This document shows, piece by piece, positions 26,515 through 39,615 of a stretch of DNA of 64,000 nucleotides. The notes under the pieces were generated by a model. It searched no databases, was not told where the DNA came from, and saw only the letters and a list, made by a program, of their open reading frames with translations. Made by a program: the position numbers and the translations under genes. The stretch comes from the human T2T-CHM13v2.0 reference genome, Homo sapiens: assembly GCF_009914755.1 (NCBI RefSeq), contig NC_060930.1; one strand, given 5' to 3'. Position 1 is the stretch's first letter. Each line of letters begins with the position of its first letter.

Positions 26515-26660
26515 AGAAGAGAGAAAAAATGAAAAGTGGAATAGAGGAAGGGAAAAAAGGAAAAAGGGAAGAAGGGAGAAAGGAAGAAAAGGTGGAAGGA
26601 AATGAGACAGCAACCGAGGAAGAGAAAATAGAAGTAGGAATCTTAAAAGGGAGGGCAGAA
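26515..26660 (+). repeat. Purine-rich (GA) low-complexity tract
   Basis: Almost all A/G on the + strand; source of the E/K-rich ORF 26529-26717. Confidence 0.8.
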
Positions 26661-27225
26661 CTCACAGATTTAGAGAGATTAATTGCAACAGCAAATCCCA
26701 AGCGAAAGGGAAAATGAATCCTTAAAAGGAAAGTGGAGAAGGCTAACCCCCCTCAGACAGTCTTCTCTGGGGATGCTGACTGGACACTCTGCCCTCCTGC
26801 AATCGATATGGTCATTTACAGTTAAGCTAAGGGAAAAGCTGATGGGTAACAGGGATCCCCACCTCCATCCACTCCCATGATCGAAGCTGTGGCAGTAGCA
26901 CAGGAAGAAGTCTGCAGATGGATGAATGATGTCACAGAGCTGAGGTGGAGATGGGAGCCCTGAGAGAATGGAAAGGCAGCAGCTCAAGTACTTCTCCTGT
27001 TGTGGGTGGGGCCCTGGTGAACTGAGTTTAAATTAGCAGACCCAGAGGCAGGTCAGACACCAGACAGAGGAAGTGGCAGGAAGAGCTATGGGAATCTGAG
27101 CTGCAGGAGATTTTCGGTGTCCCATAATCACAGACCAAAGAAGCGAGATGAGGGTCAGTGGCCTGCTCGCTAATGTGCCAGGGGAGAGCTGAGAATCCTT
27201 GAGCTGAACAAACACTTTGTTAATA

Positions 27226-27259
27226 GGAAGAAACATAGGTGGAAGAAACATAGGTGGAA
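27226..27259. repeat. Perfect 15-bp tandem duplication GGAAGAAACATAGGT x2
   Basis: 27226-27240 is identical to 27241-27255, followed by GGAA. Confidence 0.95.
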
Positions 27260-27734
27260 AAGCGTTGGTGCTAGATTTTTGCATGTTAGCTAATATGCCA
27301 GAGGTGAAATTGTGTTCAAAACCTGTGGCTTCGTGGAGATACTACGTGTACTCTGCATTTTGCTTTGAAAAGGAAAGTATATTAATGTTCACCAATATAG
27401 AGGAGCCAGTGGCTTCACCTTAAAGATTTTGATAGTGCTTTCTAGTTACAAAGGACTGTAGACAGAAAGTCACTCTTCTAGCCTATGGAGCGTCCACCTC
27501 ATAAAAGTAGAGTCTCAAACAATTGAGAAGGACTAAGCTGAAAAGCTGATAGCGGCTTTGAGAGAGGTGGTCGGGATTGAGAAGGTTGCCCCCAAAGCGA
27601 ATACTGTGAGGCAGCAATGATTAGAATGGTTGATGAATTTTAATAAATTCCTCCCTATTCTGACTTGCTTCTCATTTCTTTGGATAGCAAATAATGAAAA
27701 TTTAAAAATATATAAATTAACCTGTTTGAATGAC

Positions 27735-27890
27735 AGCAGCATGGATGCAGTAGAAATAGCTCAGGGCGAGGTTAGCTTTTGAATATTTGCTCTGATTCTT
27801 ACTTTAATTCATATAGTTGTTATAATGATTAAAGAGTGCAGTATGTAAATTCTCCAGTACACAGAGGACTTACAATAAATGTTAGCTCTC
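27735..27890 (+). mobile_element. MIR, internally deleted
   Basis: cagcatggatgcagtagaaatagc at the 5' end; gttgttataatgattaaa...caataaatgttagct at the 3' end. Confidence 0.55.
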
Positions 27891-28139
27891 ATCTTCTTCT
27901 ATTTATTCTAAAAGTTTAACCTTAGTTTATTGGCTGATATGCGCGAGGGTGAATTTTCACCAATTGATAGTTTTGAGAGCTAAATAAAACTGCTCTTTTA
28001 CAATAAGCACTAAGTCTAATGAAAATCCTTAGATGACTTCATCCCCTTGACTTTTTACAGTAAAATAAAATAATAGTAACATATGCAATGGACATTTAGT
28101 CTCCATATAATATTTTTGAAATCAAATTCTATAAGTAAA

Positions 28140-28462
28140 GGCTGGTATAGCAAGGCAGGAAGGAGATGGCACACTCAAACAAAATGAAATTAATGTAGGG
28201 ACTTTTTGTAAAGGTGTGGCAAGGTTAAGAGAGCTAGAGAGAACCAAAGCCAGAAGACAGGGTAGCCCGAGAGGAGGTGTGGTCCTCTATGGAGGAAAGC
28301 AGCCACTGTTGGCCAGCAGTTGAGCAGGGAGAGAACTCAGGACATGCATACCCTGGCCTCACTCTGTTCCTGCCAGATCCTCCCATTAGTTGAACTCATT
28401 GAGAAGCAAGCTTGGTTCATCCAGAGTGAATCTGGAGGAGGAAGCAAATGTTGTCCAGCATA
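28140..28462. mobile_element. LTR41-like ERVL LTR
   Basis: gcaggaaggagatggcacactcaaa...agggactttttgtaaaggtgtggcaagg...ctcccattagttgaactc. Confidence 0.6.
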
Positions 28463-28463
28463 G

Positions 28464-28517
28464 TTGTGTATGTGTGTGTGTGTATTCACACTCACACACA
28501 CACACACACACACACAA
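28464..28517. repeat. Adjacent (TG)n and (CA)n microsatellites
   Basis: TG arm 28464-28483 followed by CA arm 28487-28516. Confidence 0.9.
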
Positions 28518-29177
28518 AGTCGAAAGCAGCTCATTCCAGTAACTCCCACTTGAGTCTTCACCCCTGCCAGCGTAAGGTTAAATGCTATAACGTGATTATT
28601 TGGGCTCGGAAGACAAATAACTGAGGTAGTTAACTATATCAGGACAAAAGGTCAGAGCAGTGATTCATCATATAATTTTCAACTTCTTAGGCACTGCTAG
28701 GATAGCTGGGAAATGATTTAACAAGCCCCAAATTCAGTCTCTGCTCTCTAGAAAAAAGGAAGGATGACTCCAAACTGAGATCAGATGTGAGTGGGTTAAA
28801 ATTCCATCTGCTTCTTGAGAAGGGCTGAAATGAATTCCCCAGTGAACAGGCCATCTATTATTTACCTTACTTAATCCAGTGCTCATGGCACTAGAAGTTA
28901 TCACCACGGGGATTTGAGTTTGGCCTTTTGACTAATAACTTTCTTGGGAGGGATCGGTTTTGCTCTGAGAGGAGGACTGGATGTTCCACTAGATGAAAGC
29001 TTTCAGATGTTAATGAAATTGGATTCATCCCTGACCTATTTCCTGGTGCTTGGTGTTTCACCTGAGGGTGAACTCCAAAGATAGCCAATTTGGAGATAAT
29101 GTCCTATGCACGCTTCTGACATTTGTTCTACAAGAGAAGCTAAGCAACTTGTGATTTCATGTACAGCAAAGATGGGA

Positions 29178-29469
29178 GGCTGGGAGTGTTGGCTAACTTC
29201 TGTAATCTCAGCACTTTGGGAGGCTGAGGCAGGAGGATTGCTTGAGGCCAGGAGTTCCAGACCAGCCTGGGCAACATAATGAGATGCTGTCTCTATAAAA
29301 AATAAAAATATTAGCCAAGCATGGGGGTGTATGCCTGTAGTCCCAGCTACTTGGGAGGCTGAGGTGGGAGGATTGCTTGACCCTAGGAGTTTGAGGTTAT
29401 AGTAAGCTATGATTGCATCATTGCATTCCAGCCTAGGGGACAAAGCGAGATCATCTCTCTTAAAAAAAA
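29178..29469 (+). mobile_element. AluJ
   Basis: Full dimer with J-type features (ggaggattgcttgaggccaggag, gtaagctatgatt); degenerate TSD aaagatggga / aaatatggta. Confidence 0.95.
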
Positions 29470-29772
29470 TATGGTAAGTAGCTGTTCATATTTTCAAATG
29501 AATTGAGAGAAAATATGAAATCTGTAATTTGTGAGGTAACATTTAGTCAAGACTTTTCATTTGCAGGGATCTGGATTAACAAAGAAAACTAATCTGTGAG
29601 TTTGGGAGCACTAGAGATGATAATCTCAACTAAACCTAGAAAACTTACCCAAGAAATCCTTTTTCTCCTTAGGCTAGAAATATGTGGAGCTGTGGAGGCA
29701 GCAAACCATAAATGTCATACAAATTCTGGGAATCAAAGGAATTTTCTATATCATATATTGGCAATGTTAAGT

Positions 29773-30135
29773 TGATATGGTTTGGCTGTGTCCCCACCCA
29801 AATCTCATCTTGAATTGTAGCTCTAGTAATCCCCATGTGTCATGGGAGGGACCCGGTGGGAGGCAACTGAATCATGGGGGTGAGTTTTTGCCAAGCTGTT
29901 CCTGTGATAGTGAGTAAGTCTCACGAGATCTGATGTTTTTTTAAAGGGCATTTCCTCTGCACACATTCTCTTGCCTGCTGCCATGTAAGGCATGCCTTTG
30001 CTCCTCCTTCACCTTCCACCATGATTGTGAGGCCTCCCCAGCCATGTGGAAATGTGAGTCCCTTCAACTCTTTTTCTTTATAAATTACCCAGTCTTGGAT
30101 ATTTCTTCATAGCAATATGAGAATGGACTAATACA
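29773..30135 (+). mobile_element. THE1 (C/D-like) solo LTR
   Basis: tgatatggtttggctgtgtccccacccaaatctc...ttataaattacccagtc...gaatggactaataca; no clean TSD. Confidence 0.95.
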
Positions 30136-30484
30136 GTAAATCATACTATTTCTTGTAATTAAATTTCTCTTCAGATCACCTTGAGATGAGCCCACATTTT
30201 ATTTCAGATATTCCATAGATTTTTATGAATGCAATGATGATGCTATCAACCACAAAATTCCAAGAAATTAATTACCTGGTAAAAGTAACAATGGGCACCC
30301 AACAATGTTACTATAAAACATTTTAGAGAATGTTATATACATTGGGAAGTACATGTGTTGATACTTAAAAGGTATTTCACTTCCAAATTTTCTCAAATAG
30401 AAATATGCTTCTACATAATGTTCCAGAGTAGGCTTTTAAAAATACAGGCATTAATTTTATGTTTTGTTCAATGCCCTACACGTG

Positions 30485-30965
30485 TGTTTCCTCATTTCAG
30501 TTAAAATAAAACCCAAGCCAGTCATCGTGGTTTAGAAGTCCCAGCATGATCTGGTTCTCACCTCATTTGGTGCCACGTTCCCTCTCACTATACTCTGGCT
30601 GTAACTGAGCTCCCTGTTGTTCCATGCCAACCTTGTTCTCGCCTCAAGGTCTTTATGCCTTCTGTCTGCTCCATCTGGATGGCTCTCGTCTCATCTCTTC
30701 ATTTGACTCTCTTCATCTGATCATTCAGGTGCATGTGCAAGTGTTTCCTCTGCAGACAGTACCCCTGAAGTCCTTATAGAAACTAGTGACCCATTCTAGT
30801 TCGCCTTGATCCCTGATCTTGATTTGCATTTTCCTCAGAGCATACAAGGTATCATTAACTATTTTTTTATTTGTTTAATATATTCTTATGGTTTGTCTTC
30901 CCTGTACATTGTAATCAGCTTGAGGACAAATACTTGTTTGGTAATGGCCTTGTGACACATAGAGG
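30485..30965 (+). mobile_element. L2a
   Basis: aaaataaaacccaa...gcatgatctgg...gcctcaaggtcttt...tttgtcttccc...tgaggaca...gacacatag. Confidence 0.7.
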
Positions 30966-30982
30966 AACAGCTGGAAAAAAAT

Positions 30983-30985
<3 letters not shown>

Positions 30986-31013
<28 letters not shown>
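30986..31013. repeat. (AC)14 microsatellite
   Basis: Direct reading. Confidence 0.95.
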
Positions 31014-31165
31014 GATTTCTAAATAAATAACTCTTGAAAGAATGGTGCTTGTACCTCTGCATGGAAGCCCTGCATCCTGAGTCCTTTTCTGGTTTTACCT
31101 ATAACCTCAAAACAAACATGACTTCGATTAAGTTTTCATATTTTTAAACTTTAGCTTGCCACTTA

Positions 31166-31456
<291 letters not shown>

Positions 31457-32045
31457 TTACATGCAAACTTCTTTTTATGTCAAAATTATGTCTGACACCA
31501 TCTGAGAGCTGCGAGATGAGCTTGATAAATGTTTGTGTGTTTGAGTAGCAAACTTTAACCAGTGTTGTTAGATACAACTGGATGCCCCTTGACTTAACAA
31601 ACCTGCCCTTCATACCTCGCATGATAAAGTCTGTGCATTGTGAAGTAAAAGGACATTTCTTAGTCAATATTTATTTTTCTTGTGTTTGTATCGTATTGCT
31701 CTCCATGTGAGTTTGTTTTCATGGAGTAAATGTGTCAATCATATTGACACAGATATGGCCTATGAAACAGTTGTATTTGCTAATTTAAACTGATAAACTG
31801 GCATTCTCTTTTCCTATCTGACTCTCTTGGCTTGATAATATGAATTAGTCCTTAAGAGAGGAATCACTGTTTTTGATGTGGACAAAATTGGTCGTTTTTG
31901 ACCAGGGCATTCTAGTGCTACCTTATGATGGATTAGAGTAGGCCACCAGTCTGCTTTTACAAGGTGAACACCATATCTAACTGTCACTCAGATCAACAGC
32001 TTCCCTCTCATCCTCAGTCATTTGCCTCCAAAAGCCACAACAGAT

Positions 32046-32435
<390 letters not shown>

Positions 32436-32520
32436 TGATCAATATATTTATCCATCTTTGCATGTAGCAGTATTTCTTCTATTTTCCTTGATGTACAGTA
32501 TTTTATTGTCCATTATCAAA

Positions 32521-32598
32521 ATTTCTCTTTACTTATTCTATTGTAGATAGACATTGTTTATTTCTCTTTACTTATTCTATTGTAGATAGACATTGTTT
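32521..32598. repeat. Perfect 39-bp tandem duplication
   Basis: atttctctttacttattctattgtagatagacattgttt at 32521-32559 and 32560-32598. Confidence 0.95.
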
Positions 32599-33510
32599 TT
32601 ATTTCCAGTTTGGGGTTTTTATAGAGGATGCCATGAACATTTTGTATATGTCTGCTGGAGTTCATATATAAGCCTTCCTTTTGGATATATGCCCACAGCT
32701 GGAATTGCCGGGTATGTATGCGTGTTCAGATTTATCAGATACTGCCAAGCAGTAATCAAAAGTAGTTGTAACAAGGTGTACTCCCACTGACAGTGTGTGA
32801 GAGTCTAATTTCCTCTATATCCTTTTAATTTTAGCCATTCTGGTGGATGTTCAGTAGTACCATGTCTGATTTTAATTTTCTTTACTTTAATGACACATGA
32901 TGTTAAACATCTTATGATACACTTATTAACCATTTGGAAATTTGAAATTATATTATCCATTTATACAGATTAGAAAAAGGTCTCCGTTTCTCAAAATTCT
33001 TCAAAGCCATCTGCTTGGAAAACTGTCGTAATAGCCTTCCAGAGCTACAATAACTTGAAGGTACATGACTACACCTGGACATGATCAACACATAGCCTGA
33101 TCCCTAGGGTGACTAACAGTCTGTGATAGACAGACAACAGTCACTCAACCTATGTTAAAAACTCACCTCAGAGATTTATATTGACCAAAGCAAAGAGAGA
33201 TCTTGATCCTTATATGATTCTCCAGGACTGTAGGAACTAAAGTAGAGCAGGTAACCCTGAAAGATAACCCTGGCACTGAATTCTGGCAGGAAAGTTTCCC
33301 ATGAAAGGAGGGGCTTGACTCAGAGAGTATGCACCAGGGGTGGTTTTCAAAATAATTTTATGACCTGTATAGCATAGGCACTGAGTAGTCATATGAATCC
33401 CAACCACAACAGACTGACAGCTCAATGGATGCATGCCACAGTACTTTGATCCTGAGTACCAGGACAATAGGGACCAACAGGAGACGGCAGGTATTTAAGA
33501 AAAAAGGGAT

Positions 33511-33523
33511 ACACAGACACACA

Positions 33524-33565
<42 letters not shown>
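33511..33565. repeat. (AC)n microsatellite, ~20 pure units plus an interrupted 5' part
   Basis: Direct reading. Confidence 0.95.
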
Positions 33566-33567
<2 letters not shown>

Positions 33568-35707
33568 TATGCTATAAGTAAACACATTTCTTCACAGTTT
33601 TGCTTAGAACTGGGCCTTAAGTTCAGTATTGAAAAATTGGTTAGTAAGTTATGTTGTTAACCAATATCACTGATCCACTGTGTAAAAATACACAGATCAA
33701 CATGTCTACCTATAAGCAAATGTGCTGATACCTTTAAATTAGGAATAATATCTTCCTCATTAGTTCTAATTTTTTTCAGACAATATAGGTTCCCATTTGA
33801 AAATCAATAAAACCTATTGTCAACAGAAAGTATTTTGGGGGGAAAATTAAATGAGTGCTCATTTAAAGTTTCAGATTCATTTTACATTCAGTGAGATAAG
33901 AAATGTGAGACATGTAACATAAAAATATTTTCATTATATGAATATTTAGGTAGATAAAACACCATTTAAATGTTGCTCCGAATTCAGAACAGAAGCTATA
34001 GTCATCCTTACCAAAATTTTAAAAATCTTCTATTTGTCATGTCTGATAACCTTTAGTTTTTTCATCAATAGTGTGATTTGATAAGTGAAAGCTTATAGTA
34101 TATAAAATATTTTCATGAGATACATTTACATACAAAAACTTCACTGAAAAGTGATCTATATTCAGAATATAAGCTATAGTCGTATTTATAAGCCTTACCA
34201 AAATTTTTAAAAAGCTCATAATAGTGTAGTGACAAATCTCATGACCTTTCGATTACCTACTGCATTTGATTTTATTTTTAGTACTTTCAGTTATCTTCCT
34301 GATACTCAGATATTTTACAGTGAATTAATTCTGATGTGGAAGAGTTTCATCTTCCTTGTAGGGGGTATGAGTCATTATTCCTTTCATCTTATGCACTGTG
34401 TTTTTCCATAGTCATTTGACTAATAATGAACTATTTAAGCATTTCTGAATATAGAGAGTAGGCACCAGTTTGATGGTCATTTATTTGGAGTCAGGAAAAT
34501 GATCTTATAATGTTAGTGATTATGTTAATTACTTCAAAGGGATGGATTTAGCATCCAAGTGGAGAAATTGAAACATGAGAAACTCATAATGTTGCTAAAA
34601 CACACAAAGTGCATCTATAAATAATTTAGCTTTATGTTTATGTAGCATTAGAAAAATAAGTTAATTGAAATTATAAAGAATATTTTTAGACTGAAATTTG
34701 ATTTACTTTTATATTATCTGTATTTACCTTCATTATTCTGTAAGATTTTCTTTGTTTGAATTTTGATATCAATATCTTATGTGCAATTTTGTTGCTTTCC
34801 ACTTCAAAACTTAAATAAATCGTTGCCCTTAATATTACCTTTATAAGCCAGACATTTCAGTCCCTTTGAGAAAACATGAGCATCTCTAGGTCAGCTTGCT
34901 TTTATAATAGTCTTGGGAAGCCCAAAGGCTGCATATAAATAAGTGTATTTGAAAGCCTGTGGCAGAGTGGTGCATAATGTGTAGGTAATGACTGAATTCT
35001 CAATTCAGGCTGGCCAACAAACTAGGAAATGAACATAGCTAATTTAAACAAGATCTGGTGGAGGGAACAAAATTACTTACCGATACTCTTCTTAAAATGG
35101 GTTGTGCATGTTATTTAATTATTACTACCATTGCTCTGAATTAATTAAGCAATCTCAGCCTTGCTACACATTCTGAAATAATAGAGATGTGGTACAGGGC
35201 CAGCGGTTGACCATCTACTTAAACTGCCAGGAAAATAAACATGGGCCAATTGGCCTCAGTGAGAACAAGGCAATTGGACTGGAAAGATAAAAGAGACTTG
35301 GAAACACTCTCCATGGGCAGTAATGGGTAACAATATTTGGTTATTTTCCTCACTATATACGTTGGAATGGATAAGTATATGAAGTTACCTTAATAATTTC
35401 TAACAAACTTTCATTTGTTTATTTTGTTTTCTTTTAAACTATAGCAGTATTTTGTAATACAACATAAAATAATCATGTAGGAAGAAGAAAATTCATTATT
35501 TATTGTTGATGGGGGGAAAGAACATTTGTGAATAACATTCTCTTATCAATGATTCTTAATGCAAATTTTTATTAAAAGTATATAATATTGTCTTAGAAAA
35601 CTATCCTGACCCAATTGAGAATCCACCCAATATTATGGTTCTGGATTTTAAACAAATGTCACACAAACGGCACTTATTCATTTAATAAATATCAATTTAT
35701 TATATTA

Positions 35708-35808
35708 AGTAGCTTGACTTAGCCATTCTACCATGTGTATTTATATCAAAACATCATGTTGTACATCATAAATATATACAATTTTTCTTGTCAATTTTAA
35801 AAATTTAA
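35708..35808 (+). mobile_element. L1MA-type 3' terminus
   Basis: tagcttgacttagccattc...tatatcaaaacatcatgttgtacatcataaatatatacaattttt..tgtcaatt. Confidence 0.8.
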
Positions 35809-35817
35809 TTGAATGCC

Positions 35818-36168
35818 AAATGGCAGAAACTGCTAGTTGTTTACCAATTTCCTTTTTCCTGACTTAAAAAGTGAATTTCTCAGTTTCAGTTGAAAGCATA
35901 TCTGCTCAGAGAAGAACTCTATTACCTAGTTTCCCTTACAGCGTGGACTGCTGTGTGACCAGATTCCAGCCATGAGCAGAAGTGACAGGGTGCATCCTTA
36001 AAGCTTGAGACCCTTCGCTTCTTCTTTCCACTGTGTGGGAAATCCTCCAATACTATACCACTCCCCTCCAGCCAGTGTCAGAGAGAAATAAACATCAATC
36101 TTATTAAAAACCCTTGTGCGTTGGAGTCTCTTAGTTATGTCAACTTAGCATGTTCATTAAATAATACA
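35818..36168 (+). mobile_element. MLT1 (MaLR) LTR
   Basis: tggcagaaactgctagttg...tgtgacc...gagcagaagtga...gagagaaataaac...taataca. Confidence 0.7.
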
Positions 36169-37320
36169 GCCTCTCTTGACAGGTATAACACTAAAAGTGA
36201 AATCTCATTTTTAAAAAAATTTTATTGCCTTCATTCTCTGAGAGGAAAATATTAACACATATAAATTCCTACTACATACACAAATATACTACTGGTAAAG
36301 TGTTTTTAGAATGACACTCAAAGTCAACCATCCTAACATTGCAATAGCAATGTACCTCCGAACTGTCAATGCTCAGATTCCACTCTCTCCCTCCTACTCC
36401 TTTACTGATGGAATCCTTTTTCTAGTGACACCTGAGCTTACAATCACAGTGCCTCACTCATGAAAAAAGCCATCACCAAAAGTCTGTGCTCTCAGGCTTT
36501 TATAAGTTCATATGTGATTATGATAATGTCTGAAAATATCTCTCTAATCAACTAGATAAGGCCATTAAAATACAGTAATACTTAGTTTATATCAAAATAT
36601 TGACAGCATTTTTCTGCATAATGATAGTGATATTTTTTCTTCTCGGGATGTGACCTTAGCAAGGTTATCTCAGGATAACCTTAGCAAGGTTCAAGAAATA
36701 TAAATTGTTTTCCTCCAAAATTCTCTTATCCTCTCGACCTCCCCTTTATCAATCAGTACTCTGTTCCTCAAATGATAAAGGAAGTGACCTGAATTTCTTT
36801 TAAGGATATGATGTATTTATAATCACATTTATAATATTACTCCTACAAAGAGAAATTAGAACTTGATTAATTTCTAAAGATGTAGGGTGTTAGGGGGACA
36901 TCTTCAAATATATTAACTCAAAAGAAAAGACAGAATTAGGAAGAAAAAAATGCTTTCTTTTGAGAGTCTATTTAATAACTTAGACATTTAGTTGTAAAGT
37001 ATATTTTGTAATGATGAATTTCTTCTTTTTTTATATTCCCCCAAGAATAGCAAAAGCAATTAGATAAGGAGGCGCAGAATCAGTATCTTCCAGTTACAGA
37101 ACAGATATTCTTCAAAGAGATCAGGAAAAATTCTCTTCCACACTTTTATTTTAGTCTGTAAAAATTTACAATTTTCCCTTAGACCACTCACACAAGGAAA
37201 AAAAATAAAAACCTAAAACTTCAGCATGTCTGCCCTTTATGTTGTTCAGAACATAGTCTCTAGAAGCTGACTTTAGATTTTGGCACACATCCATGTTCAC
37301 ACCCGTACATACACAGACTA

Positions 37321-37945
<625 letters not shown>

Positions 37946-39141
37946 TGCCTCTTCTAAGTGCTTTTCTGGTTGCCTTCCTGTATTATGGTCAAATGGCCAC
38001 ATGCTCTCAACACAAGACGGAAACACAGGGATGTCTGCCACATCATGTCCAATCCAAACGTCTCAAGAACATTGCTGGGGAGACAAAATAAAAAACACCT
38101 GGCCCTTTTGCTTTTGTTTCCTTTTGTTAAAATCTGACAACCACTTGACAAGGTAATTGAGGAATGACTTGTTACAATCTCTAAGAAAGGAAGACCAATC
38201 AAACGAGAGAGGAGAATACACACTGGAGCTAGACCATAACTCCACAGCACTCTGAAGCAGGGAGAAGACTGAGGAGACTTCTGCACACTCTCAGATGGCC
38301 TGGACTGCAGTAACAGTCAACTATCAATTTTCTCACCTACATCCACTCCCCACCATCTTTACGTAGCCTCAAAATGATTTCTCCTACCCTATCAGTCCTT
38401 AGCATAGTGTCCATTAAAGGAAAGAATTAATGACATAGAGTCTAGGCCTGCCTTAGTAGATGATTGATAGATGGATAATGTCAAATAATGTATCCTCTCT
38501 TAGCCTGCTTAAACCGAGAGGGTTAACTAGATGAGCAGATTCAGCTCTAAAGTTCACTGACTTGGAATATGGAATTTAATTTATATGGAAAATAAAGACC
38601 AGATAGGTTACATACCTGGTGTCCACACTGCTCATTACCAATAGACATAAAATTTGATGTTCGGTTGCTTAGCATTGAGTTCAGCTTTCATTTCTCTTTA
38701 CCTGTGATTTACGTTGTATACAATTTTGAATTCCAGGTGGCTTTCTTCTCATTACGTCATATGTTTTGCTTCAATCAATAAAAGTTTAGGAATAAAACAT
38801 TTACCATAAATCAGTCTAACACAATCAAATTTTCACAAAAAAGTATTTAGAAAATATCAAATATATCTCAAAGCAACAAATAACCTTTTGATTTTCGAGT
38901 AGTTTTATTTATTATTGCTATTTCTTCTGTAGGTAAGTGACTCCCATGCAGTGATTGCCAAATGGGCTTTCTTCCCAGGTCCTCTGAAAGAATCTGGAGG
39001 AAATGATGATGCTCAGGAGACAATTCATGATCACTCGGAATTTCTGACAACCATGGCAAGTATGATAGCAACAAAGAGATAAGCTTTAAGCAATTTCTAA
39101 ATATTGTACATTTCCGTTTATTTAGATTATCATCACAATGG

Positions 39142-39615
<474 letters not shown>

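Noticed and set aside
26529-26717. E/K-rich ORF resembling a coiled coil
   Set aside because: Artefact of the polypurine tract.
19772-30135. Full THE1 provirus bounded by the two LTRs
   Set aside because: The LTRs are in opposite orientation, the first has its own TSD, and there is no THE1-internal sequence between them.
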